From Rhina ancylostomus (lineage: Eukaryota): a stretch of DNA of 64,000 bases. Positions 10,930-22,890 of this stretch are shown here, piece by piece. The stretch's first letter is position 1. The number at the start of each line of letters is the position of its first letter. Under the pieces are notes generated by a model that saw only the letters and a list, made by a program, of their open reading frames with translations, had not been told where the DNA came from and searched no databases. The position numbers and the translations under genes were made by a program. The DNA lies in NCBI GenBank assembly GCA_030265395.1, contig JARFYF010000065.1, positions 11,017,692 through 11,081,691 of the forward strand, read 5' to 3'.

Positions 10930-13900
10930 ACTGCTTTCTGAAGATACATGTTGGAACACTTCACACATACATAAGCACTATAGATTCAGTCACAGCTTCT
11001 TCAGTTGTTTTGACCTCTTCAACTCTGCACTCATCTCTGATGCTGCATTCATTCCTTAAACTTAAACTGAATACAGCCTCCTATGATAATTCACTGCTGT
11101 TTTGCAGCTTTCAACAATTGCTGATTCTGTGTACACATCAGGAATGTATTCACGATGACAGACCCCTTCACTGTCTCCAGGTACTTATCTTGCAGTGATC
11201 ATTGGACTACATACTATTTTGGATCATGGGCTTGGCTTGATTAATTGCTGTCCAGTCTCTGTGTCTCATACTTGCCTGGTTTTGAGAGGCTGACTCTTTA
11301 GCTTGGTCTGAATTGCCTTTCTTTGACTCGAGTTGCTACTTTTTGCTTTAGTTGCTGAATCTATTTTTCCCCTTTCAGTAACTTTGGACTGAACTCAAAT
11401 GCTTGTGAAGCTGGCGATTCATTAGCAGCTCTATAGACTGTCTTGATGCAGTATTTTAAAAAAAAGGGAAGTTGGCCAACTGATGATGCAAAGCTAGAAG
11501 AACCTCCAAATACTTCTTCAAGGCTTCCTTTAACACATGTACAAGTTCGTCACTGCCCCACTGGAAGCAGCAGAATAAGAATGAATCGATAAATGTTTGC
11601 CATTACATCTTATGAAATGCAAATAAGAATGCAAAGTAAATTGTCGTCTATCATTGGATATGAATTTTTCTGGTATACCACGTGTTGCAATTATCCACCT
11701 TAACTCTTCAATGGTACAGCTTCTTATCACATGAGCATGCACTTGCCTGTTGTACAAACACTTTGAGACCATATTGATGAAAATAAGGAAATTGTTTTTT
11801 GACAAATATTGCAGTGGTGGAATTAGTCATTTTCTGGTGTCTAAGATGGCATTGCTCTGCACTGCAGGCAAGCAGTACATAGTGACACTACCTCTTCCAA
11901 ACCCTTCTTGATAAATTGCCTGGTATTCTAAACCCCTGGCATTGGCCAGGATGTTGATGGCATTCTGCATATGTAACTCATGCAAGACTTTTACAAGCAT
12001 TTGGAATACCAATTTAGTGTCTCCATTTCAAAGAATCTGTAGTCTTGACAATTACAAGATTTTCTACAGTTGAAAGCTGCAAGTCTATATTTGAACTATT
12101 CTTTATGCTGGCCCACCTTTCATCGTGTGTTTGTAAACCTGTGACAGTAGTTCCTTATGTATAAGTTGCATTATGGAAATCATGTTTTCACCGCCTCCAT
12201 CTGAAGCTTCATGAGGTAATTGGGACAGAGCATCACCAATTACATTCTGTTTTAAACAGTATTTAATAGAATAATTATTCTGCAACAGCAAAATTGCTGA
12301 CCTCCAAACTTTGGAAGCTGTCATTGTTGGAATTGCTGCTTTAAGACCCAGAATCACCAATGATGGATTGTAATCTTAATGAGAGTAAGGGATCATCTAT
12401 TTTGGAACTGATGAAATTTCTTCACAGAGAAGATAACTGCACTCTTCCTTCTCAGTTTGAATAGTTTGCGCTTGTCAGGAGTATGCAAAGCAAAAGCTGA
12501 AGGCTCTTCCCTGTCCATCATCTGGCTGATGACAGCTGTAGATTGATGCAATGCTGGGGAACTTTAAGGTTCTCACTGTGTTGCAGTGATTCCGTGCTCA
12601 CAGAATGCCAACAGTGATCTAACAAGTGTTGGTTCAATTCCATTTCTCATTCTTTTTAAGAAGTTGGTGCAACAGTGCAAGTACCATTACTGGGTCGGGA
12701 AAGAACCTGCAATAATATCAAATCATTCCCAGAAAAGACTCTACAACATTCTGTTTCCTTGGCTTTCAAATTATATCTATCAGATTTCAGCTCAACAACA
12801 TCAACATTCAGACTGAGATAAGTGCCTCTAGGTGCACTTAGACCATTTCAATTTTCAGTTGTGATGGAGTCACTTAAGTACTTTTTGTCAAAATCCATAA
12901 ATTCTACACTGCTATAGTGATGAATATCTTTTTTCACAATTATCTATGGCCCACAAAATTTTGTTCATGGTGGACTGAGAGATGAACTTGATTGTATACA
13001 GGACTACAACTCCTTATATGTGTTGACAGGGACTTCTAACTGTCCTTCTCTTCATCCAGCTTTGCATTTGTGGGTGGTAAGTTCATTTTTCTGAAAAACC
13101 TGTCTCCACTTCTGAGACGTCAGCAAATTTTGTTGTTAATTGTTGACTGATTTAAAGTTATTGTATTGCATCACACAGTCAGACTGTCTTACCTATCTTG
13201 ATGTCAGATTGTCCACTCGCCTTGACTTGGACTCATCGTTTTGACTAGGACTATTTCTAGTTTTGTGAGTTCCTCTACATCAAGAAATGAGGTACTGGCT
13301 AAGGCTCATAATAGGTTTGTATAAAAATAGGTTTAATCTCTACATATGTCTTTTTAACAAAAAATTCCTGTGTAGGTATCTTTGAAAATGTCATATTTGC
13401 AGTGTCTCCCACACAGGACCTTAGAGAATTTGTATAGACATTGAATACAACCTTCTAAATGTATATCAACCTTTTGAGCAATCCTTTCCCAACAGAGTAG
13501 AATGCTAAGAATGGTCAACTACAACAATTGGTAGGCAAGACACTGGACATCATAGTACAAGTTTTTAAACTGACTCTGTTCCTTTCTAAGGGTAAGTGAT
13601 GGAAATTATGGTCATAGATATCCTTATCCATAATAGAACAACCCACTGCTGTGCCAAGCTGCATTACTGATGACTTGTCATCTGTGACCTTAACATTTTG
13701 TTGCTTCACATCATGGTCACCTGTAGCATAGATGCTGTATGATTTGATTCTACATTATCTGCATTGTGCACACTCCCTTGTTGCAACTTTTTATTAGGCG
13801 TGGCATTTGGAACAGAATCTGTTGCCTTTGTTTAGGGGTTGCTGCTGTGTGCATTTTTTTCTGGTGTGCCTTGCGTTTGGTCTCTTTTAAAAATAACTTT

Positions 13901-15086
13901 TTCTGTGGGGGATTATTACCGGTACAAAAACAGATCCATGTCACATGTTGCTGCTCCAGTTTCTGGATCCAAGCTTAGGGGTTCTCCTTTGAGTATAGTC
14001 TGCTATTATATTTGTGACTGGTAAAGGATGGAATTCTTTGGCATTTTTTGTTGCCATCTCCTATGCATCAATCCTACACAGTAGACTCCTGCTTAGACCA
14101 CAGATGAAATTGTGTCTTTCAGTATACGTTCTTTATGCTCTTCAGAATTGCACTGCCTTGATACATCTTTCAGCAAAACAAAATAACCATTCACTATGTC
14201 TTCAGTTTTTGTACTGCGTGTTATCTCAAAGATAATGTTCTAATCTCTATACTACCTCTTCAAAAGGGATATCTTTAGCTTGTGCTATTAATTTAATAAG
14301 TACACAATACATTAGGAGCCAATTTCCATGACTAAAATAGCTTTCTTTCATTTACCCATTGCAGCCTGGGCATTCAGCACATGGTCTGTGAAGAATATTA
14401 TTAGCCAGGAAGGACATTACAAAAAGCATTTCCATTCTTTCCAATAAGTGGTGAATGATTCACAAGTCTTGTAAACCCCAGGCTGCCAATGAAGCTTGTT
14501 TATGCTTGAGCAACCAAAACATTGTAGCCTCATACAAGCCTCTTATGTTTGGTGTTTCACCCAGTATTTTTAGCTATGTCACACATTAAGTGTGCCTAGC
14601 CTGCTTCACCTTCACCAAAAAAATTAGTTGCTGCTCCTTTAAGGACAAGGGTTGTTCTGTGCACTTTTTGCTCTCTCTCCCACAGAGCCAGCTCACCAGT
14701 ACTGGCATCAATCTGGTGACTTCTCCACACTCGGGAACTCTCACTCTCGAGAACATGTCTGCGATGCAATCATGAATATTCATGGCATCTAGTAACTGCT
14801 TCAAAGGAACAGTGATCTTGCATGGTTTTTCCTTCTGGTGCCAACCTGTACCAGTAATTAAGGTTCATGTTGCCAATTGTTACAAGGCTGAACTGTGAAC
14901 AAGGTTGGGACTGCTAGTAAGTTCTACAATAATAATCATAGAACACGTGGAGTTTCTAATAAGGTATGCATACTATATTCAATGGTTGACCTAGTGGTGC
15001 CTATGCATGTAGATGCTGATGTCATCATACTCTGTGCCCTTGTGACTAATTTACATATTGTAATTTTACCAGTGTTCATCATCACA
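10930..15086 (-). mobile_element. Decayed Gypsy/Ty3 LTR retrotransposon (gag-protease-RT-RNaseH-integrase) with candidate 5' LTR 14878-15086
   Basis: Minus-strand fragments lie in Gypsy order: protease-like VMQLGTAVGCSIMDKDIYD (13515-13709), RNaseH end ILGLKAAIPTMTASKVWRSAILLLQNNYSIKY (12103-12360), VLHELH zinc-finger region (11827-12012), integrase RGIPEKFISNDRRQFT...HSYSAASSGAV (11530-11805). A TGT...ACA segment is followed by a TGGCA PBS-like site at 14875. Confidence 0.75.
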
Positions 15087-15155
15087 TAAATGGCAGCACC
15101 AACTAAGAACGATGAAGGAAAGCAGTAATGAGTTCTTAGTTGGTGCTGCCATTTA
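15087..15155. repeat. Perfect 24-bp inverted repeat with 21-nt loop
   Basis: taaatggcagcaccaactaagaac (15087-15110) and gttcttagttggtgctgccattta (15132-15155). Confidence 0.95.
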
Positions 15156-18019
15156 CTCTCTGCTGGTTACTCTCTGCTGATAACCTTTTGACCAATTTGT
15201 TTTCCTGATTTGCTTTTCATTTTTTACCATCATCCCTTTGATTTCAACCCTTTGTCTATATGAGTAATTCCTCTGAATTAACAAGTATGTAGAAAAGGCC
15301 ATTTGGCTCCTCTAGCTTGTTCTGCCATCCAGTGAGATCATGTCTGAACAGTGATTATAAATTCATATTTCCCCTGCCTCCCCCCTTTACTATGCATATG
15401 TAGTCCAGTAAGAAATAGTGTTGAAGATTAGAGGAAAAAGCAAAGGCAGAGTTTGATGAAACTATGGTTTCTCAGATGTTGGGACCATGGGCTTGTTACA
15501 TGCAGGAGGGTTGTTCTACGTAAAGCTTTGCATTCTCCAGCTTTCTTCTTTGCACTCTCTCTGAGCAATACTAGAGTAAAACTGGTACCACTTTCATCTT
15601 TCTAAAACATTTGTTTCCTCCATCAGGAGACCCTGTGGCTGCATTATGAATCGGTTACATGATACACTGCAGCAATTTGGCAACGCTTCCTAGCACCTCC
15701 TAAAATTGTGACTGTAGAGAAGTAATGGCAGCAAGCATGTGGTTTCATCATTTCAGCCTATGACCTTTCATCAATCTGTTTCTCTCTACACTTGATGCCT
15801 GATGTGCTGAGTGTCCAGTATATCCATTACCAGCTTTTTTGAGCAACAATCAGCTGGAGGAACTCAGTGGGTCAAGCAGCATCTGTGGGAGGAAAGGAAC
15901 TGTTGACATTTCGACCCATAATTCCTTTTCTCCCACAGATGCTGCTCGACCCACTGAGTTCCTCCAGCAGATTGTTTGTTGCTCCAGACTCCAGCATCTG
16001 CACTCTCTTGTGTCTCCTGTGCAGTTTTTTTGCCCTTCAGTCATCACCTGTAGGTTACCCTCCCAAGTCACACACCACCATGACTTGGACATACAGTATG
16101 TATGAAGGAACAGTAATAAATTCTGGAAGTCTGTCCCCAAAGGCACTACAGGAGCTCCTTTGCCAGTAAGACAGTAGCAGTTCAACCGGCAGCTCACCAC
16201 CACCTTGAGGGTAATTAGGGATAGATTACACAATAGATTACAATCTTGCCAGTGAAGTCCAGATCCCATGAACAAATGAAAAAAATCTGTGGTAGTAAGG
16301 TGCCATCTAGCCCCTTACCCAATAGGTCGTTATTCATAGGCCAACCTATTAAATGACAGTAACACATTCAAGGTATTATACCTCAGGAAGAACACAGTGA
16401 CTGAGTGCAATGTAGATTTACCAGAATTACACCTGGACACAAAGGGTTAAATTACAAGGTAAGAATACACAAATCTAGTTAAGGGTTTTCAAGATATCAA
16501 GGAGACCTGTTTGGGTAGTTGTAAACTACTTCCACTGGGTGGGGAACCTGGGACAGAGTCTAAAAATTGGAGCCAAGCCTTTCAAGAATTATGTTTGGAG
16601 ACTTTTCTCCACATGGGAGGGTGGTAGAAATCTAGAAGTGTCTTTCACAAATGGCAGGGGCAGTTGTTCATTTTAAATCTGAGATTGACATGTATTTTTA
16701 AACCATAAGTATGGAATTTGTGGGAAATGTTTCTAGGTAATTGGTATATTACTGTCATGTATCGAGGTACAGTGAAAAACTTTGTTCTGGATGCCATCCA
16801 TACAGATCATTTCATCACTTCAGTACATCAAGGTAGTACAAGGGTTAAAGCAATAACAGAATGCAGAATATGGTGTTACAGTTAAAGAAAAAATGCAGTG
16901 GAGGAAAACAATAACGGGCAAGGCCATGACCAAGTAGACAGTGAGGTCAAGAGCCACAGGTTGGCTAGTGAACAGCAGAAGACCCTTGAGGGGCCAGATG
17001 GTCTCTACTTATTTCCTATGTTCCAATTCAGTTTAAGAGTGAATCTCATTGGTGTAAAGTTAAACCCATACAATCATTAAAGAACAAAACATTATGTAGC
17101 AATCAAGTCAGATTGTTGGTGATTTTTGAACCATCAAAAACTATCCCTGGCTCAAGGAGGCTGAATTGTAGTGCTGTAAATATTGTCAGTGAACTGAATT
17201 TATTTCAAAACCTAACTTTGAACTGCGTCTGAGGCATTTATGCGCTGTTTGCGTCAGTAATGTTCCAGGTGGTATTGTCTAAAGCCAAACCAAAGGAAAT
17301 TTTGCTGTTAAATATTTGAACGTCATTGGGTTATGAACCTAATTCCACTCAGACATGAACCATAATTCCATAATGAGTGTGTTGGCTGGTTTCCTCATGG
17401 AATATCTTTCTGTATTATTTAGTAGGCATGCTTTGGCCTTTCTGTGGAATCATAACTACAGGGAATAGTGGCTCTTTGTGTTCCTGGAAGATAGTGATCA
17501 AGAGGGCTACAGTAGTAACAAAAGCAAAATACCCCACAGACTTGTCAAAACCTGAAATAAAAAAAGGAAATGTTGGAAACAACAAGCCAGGCAGCATTTA
17601 CAGAGAGAATTAAGAGTTAGCATTTCAGGTCGATGATCTTTCATCATTTTATAACAATGATGAAAAATCATTGACCAGAAATATTAAATCTGTTTCTCAA
17701 TCTGACCTACTTGGATTAGAGATCTGGAGATATGAGTTCAAATCCCACCACAGCAGCCGGGGAATTTAAATTCAGCAAGATAAATGTGCAACACAAAGCT
17801 TTTGTCAGTTAACATGACAATAAAACTAAAAATCCATCTGGTTCATTATTATCCTTTGAGGAAGGAAATCTGCCATCCTTTCCTGGCTGAGCTGGTATGC
17901 AACTCAGGTTCCACAACAATGTGTTTGTCTTTTAAATGCCACCTGAAATGGCCCAGCAAGACACTCAGTTCAAAGGCAAAATTACATTCTTTGAATCAGT
18001 AAGTAAAAAAAAGGCTTAC

Positions 18020-18212
18020 CTGTGTCAGCATCCGTGTATCGGCTTAATGACCTGTCTGATGTTTTTTGTCCCCTCTCCCTGCGGCGATGGGTCCTTTGTG
18101 ACTCCTCAGGGATGACCCGCTCCAGCGAGTAGTCGTCCAGCCGTATGCCCTTGGAGCGCTGATGGCCTAGTGTGGATGCCGATCTCTTAATTGGGCTTGT
18201 GTCTTCGATGGT
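18020..18212 (-). CDS. CACNA1A: CACNA1A exon 45
   Basis: cag|ACC ATC GAA...GAC ACA G|gtaagc; 193 nt; [65 protein letters not shown]. Confidence 0.96.
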
Positions 18213-18929
18213 CTGTGATGCAAAACAAAATGTGCATCACTCAAAGAAACACTTTTTTTAAAACAAAGTTATGTAGCCAGTGTGAGTGTGTGAAAAGTAA
18301 TAGGTTTTTGTGAAAATGCACGGCACTTGAAAGCCACAATTTTTATACAGCTGTTGAACCCAATTGCATGAGGTAAATACTGATTCTCCCATCACTGAAG
18401 TGCCTTGTTCCTTCCTCAAATACCATAACCACTTTTGAGACAAAGTATCAACTTCGGCATGCATTGCCATACATAGATGCATGCACTTTTTAAAAATAGG
18501 ATACACCTTACACTTTTAAAATATGTCAATGTCTGATATCCCTGACATGTTTTCACAAATTTTTGCAGTTTTTATCATCTTAATTTATGACATGCATCCA
18601 TACAAGTATGCCTCTGAAAATGTACCTTTCTCCACTGAAGTAATAATTGCAATGTTACTAGTTTACATATTTTCCATTATAAATTCCTAAGTCTGTTATA
18701 AAATGTCAGGACATTTATATTATCCATAAATATATTAATGACATGCTAATATATAACTAGAGTACTCAAATGCATTGTAGATATACTCAGTATGGATATA
18801 TATCAGTAATGTACTTCATGCATCAGTTACAAATATATTATTTTTACAGACCATTTATAAACTATAATAAACATTTATGAAATATGACTTTAATAAAATT
18901 ATTAAATTCTCTTTCTAGAGCAGCTAAAA

Positions 18930-19290
18930 GCCTGCCACTACACACTGTACATCAACAATTTCCCATCACTATCACCTTAAGTCTCCATCCCACATTCCCA
19001 CTTGACCTCTCTGGCTATGACCTCCAACACTATTCCAATGAAGCTTGGTATAAATTTGAGGAACAGCACCTCATCATCTGATCCGGCTCATTACAGCCTT
19101 CTAGACCCAAAATTGGCTCAACAATTTCATATAATGATAATTTATACTCTTCATTTAAATTTCCCCTAGACCTCTTCAGTTAATTTGCTTGTCTCATTCC
19201 TTTCAACTTTTACTTCACTACATCTTCATCCTTGTCATTTCTTTTTTTCTGCCTTCTGCCCTGTCAGGACCACCCTCTTTGTTCCCTCCT
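18930..19290 (+). mobile_element. Penelope-like element 3' fragment (end of GIY-YIG endonuclease)
   Basis: Encodes YSNEAWYKFEEQHLII, similar to the Penelope 'EEQHLIFRLG' terminus, followed by a pyrimidine-rich tail. Confidence 0.65.
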
Positions 19291-20481
19291 ACATAAGATA
19301 TAGGTGCAGAATTAGGCCATTTGGCCCATCGAGTCTGATCTACCATTCAATCATGGCTGAATTTTCTTAAAACNNNNNNNNNNNNNNNNNNNNNNNNNNN
19401 NNNNNNNNNNNNNNNNNNNNNNNNNNNNNNNNNNNNNNNNNNNNNNNNNNNNNNNNNNNNNNNNNNNNNNNNNNNNNNNNNNNNNNNNNNNNNNNNNNNN
19501 NNNNNNNNNNNNNNNNNNNNNNNNNNNNNNNNNNNNNNNNNNNNNNNNNNNNNNNNNNNNNNNNNNNNNNNNNNNNNNNNGACTCTCCTTCTAATGGAAA
19601 CATCCTCTCCTCGTCCACTCTATCTAGACCTTTAAGTATCTGCTAGGTTTCAAGGAGCACCCACCTCCCCACCCCCCATCCTTCTGAACTCCATCAAGTA
19701 CAGGCCCAGAGATATCAAACGCTCCTCATATGTTAAGCCTTTCATTCTTGTGAACCTCCTCTAGACCTTCTCCAGGGACTGCACGTTCTTCCTTAGATAT
19801 GGGGCCCAAAACTGCTCTCAATACTCCAAATGTGGTCCGACCAACGCCTTTTAAAGCCTCTGCTGCGCGTCCTTGCTTTTACATTCTAGTCTTCTTGAAA
19901 TGAATGCTAACATTGCATTTGCCATCTTTACCACTGGCTCAACTTGCAAGTTAACCTTGAGTGAATCCTGAACTAGGATTCCTATATGTCCCTTTGCACC
20001 TCTGATTTCTGAATTTTCTTCCCATTTAGAAAATAGTCTGCACCTTTATTCTTCTTACCAAAGTGCATAACCCCACACTTCCCTACGCTGTATTCCATCT
20101 GCCACTTCTTTGCCTACTCTTCTTTGTCTACTCTGTAGACTCCCTGCCTCTATGACACTACCTATTCCTCCACCTATCTTGGTATCATCTGCAAACTTAG
20201 CCACAATGCCATCAGTTCCTTCTTCCAGATCATTCATGTACAAAAAGTTGTGACCCCTGTGGAACTCCACTAGTCACTGGCAGCCAGCCTGAAAAGGATC
20301 CCTTTACTCCCACTCTTTGACTTCTGCCAGTCAGCCAATCTTCTATCCATGCTAGTACCATGCCTCTAACACCATTTGCTCTTATCTTGTTCAGCAGCTT
20401 CATGTGCGGCACCTTGTCAAAGGCCTTCTGAAGATCCAAGTAAATAACATCCAGCGACTCTCCTTTGTCCAACCTCCCCAT
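19290..20481 (-). mobile_element. CR1 LINE, RT domain to 3' end, spanning an N gap
   Basis: LDKGESLDVIYLDLQKAFDKVPH...VTSGVPQGS and MNDLEEGTDGIVAKFADDTKIGG are CR1 reverse transcriptase motifs. Confidence 0.92.
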
Positions 20482-22319
20482 GATTTAAAACTTCTCACTT
20501 ATCTCACATTTCCCAGTACTGTTGAACAGTCATCAACCTCAAATGTCAACCATGACTAACTGTCTGCCAATACTATCTGACTTCCTAAGTATTTCCGGCA
20601 GTTTCTGTCTTCATTTTGGATTTCCCACCTCTGTAGGATTTTGCCTCAGTAAATGCAGTATACAAACCACTTACATGCACAGTATCTATACAGCATATAG
20701 ACATGAGGTGTCAATTTTTCTGTCCTGATACTGACTTCTATGGACAGAAAAATTCGGCAAGAGAAAAACCAACCAACTAGGTGTTGTTATTATATTAAAT
20801 GTCTTAAGTAAAATGCACATTTCTGGCAACCTTTAGACATTACACTTTTGTCCACCTTTAGACCTGTTATGACCATGACCTGTTATTAAACATGCATTTA
20901 ATTTTCTCAATATGCAGTCTGTAGTAACAAAATTATTAACACTATTTATAGACATACACATATTCTACATGTAAAGAAAACATGTACATATATAAGTCAA
21001 CAATTGATGTGTTATCTATAAATATAAGTAAGCAGTGCATGCATACTGTGTATATGTGATGTATCAATACACAGCCTCTATGTACAGTATATCTATTCCC
21101 TATATCCAATTACAGGAATTTTTGTGAATTCCCACAATCAATTAGCAGGCATGTTCATATAATTACATTGCTCAATACCACTAATGTTTGTCTGCCTCTA
21201 CCAACTAATACCAAGACTGTTTCTACCAACCGGTATCAAAGTGCCTGTATACCTCCACTAGCCCGTAGCTATAGAACTTGTGTTCCCTCAGTGTCCAACA
21301 AGAGATTGATTTCCTTTGCCATTCTTACCTTTTTCTTGAAGGTGCAGCAACAGCCCAAAAATTATGTTCATTTAGAACATCTAGAAGATGTTAGTTGCTT
21401 TTAAACAGCAATGATATCAAACCAACAATCCCTCAAGAGTATGATATTTGATATTTGATGTATGATATTTGCCCTATTCCCAGAAGCTGATTGGGAAGGA
21501 TAATGCCCTTTCTAAATGATATCAAAAAATCTAATCCTTTCGGGTTGCTCCATGATATGGGAGAAGGCATTCAGACATTGATTATAAGAACAGAGTGGGC
21601 AAATACTTAACACAAACTTCACATGTTTGGACAAGCAGTGATAGTTTGATGTCACAATTAGCAATCCATTCAGAAGGTTCTGATGAGACAATGTGAATAG
21701 CTGTGATGCCCTCAAGAATGAATTGTGTGGGTGATTATCTGATTGGTCACATTTGGGTTCTTGCCCATGTTCCATTTGTGCAACAGGTGGTCATGTCTTC
21801 CTTGGATCATTCTCAAGCAGTTGAAGGTTGCCCAGGTTTTCTGTGGCAGTTAAAATCAGAGCTACCCTTCACTCCAGTGAGTTACCAGATCATGATTAGT
21901 GATGTTTGCAGTCAGCCAAGGAATGTGCAGTCCAGAGGTGGAGCTCTTATTAGCCTGTAGGATTTGGAATGTGTTCCAGTAGGGAATATGGGATTTCAAA
22001 CATGTGGGAAGAAAGATTTTAAGGTCCTTTGTTCTCTGTGGACATCAGGAGGTTCAAATGGCGCTAACACAGGAAGGTAACACTGCAAAGTACTAGAGAT
22101 CTACCATGTATGTGTGGGGGTTCCTGAGCCAGGTTGACCAGCACTACTCTGTTGGGTAAAACTTAACAATTGAAGTTGGGTATCAGTTGCCCCAGGGCAT
22201 CAGAACCCATTAAACATTAAGCACACTCTCCATTAGGTAGCATGGATGCATTTTGGTCATTTTGAGTTGCTGTCTGAATTTTCTGGCATAGGCCAATTAA
22301 TTTTAATTTTTTTTCATTA

Positions 22320-22890
22320 ATAGGAAATGGGTCTTGCTGGTAAGGCCAGCAGTTATTGTCCATCCTTAGTTGTGAAGATACTCGCACAGTGCTCGTGGGT
22401 AAGGTTCCAGTTCTTTGATCTAGTGACAACAAAGGAGCAGCAAAATATTTTCATGTTGAGACTAGGATGGGAACCTGTAGGGGTTGCACACCCATGTGCC
22501 TTATGCCCTTGTCCCTGCTGATCGTAGAGATTGCAGGTTTGGATGGCGCTATCAAGGTAGTCCAGCTAAATAACTGGAGTGTATATTATAGATGGTTCAC
22601 ACTGCAGCCCTCTGAAACACTGGGCGAGGAAATGGATGGTTAAGGTGGTGGATGGGATACTATTCGTTTTGTCCTGGATGCTGTCAAGCTGCTTGAGTGC
22701 TACTGGAGATGCATTCATCCATGTAAGTGGACAGACTTTCATGACACTCCTCACTTGTATCTCATAGATGATGGAAAGGCTTTAAGGTGCCAGGAGGTAA
22801 ATCACTCACTGTAGGATGCCTAGGCTCTGACCTGCTTTTGCAGCCATAGTATTTGTGACTGGTCCAGTTCAGTTACTGGTCAATGGCAGA
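22320..22890 (-). mobile_element. Old CR1-family LINE 3' fragment
   Basis: ORF VMKVCPLTWMNASPVALKQLDSIQDK. The tail is shared with copies at about 210-430, 7410-7700, 16030-16275, 61230-61415 and 63735-63970. Confidence 0.7.
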
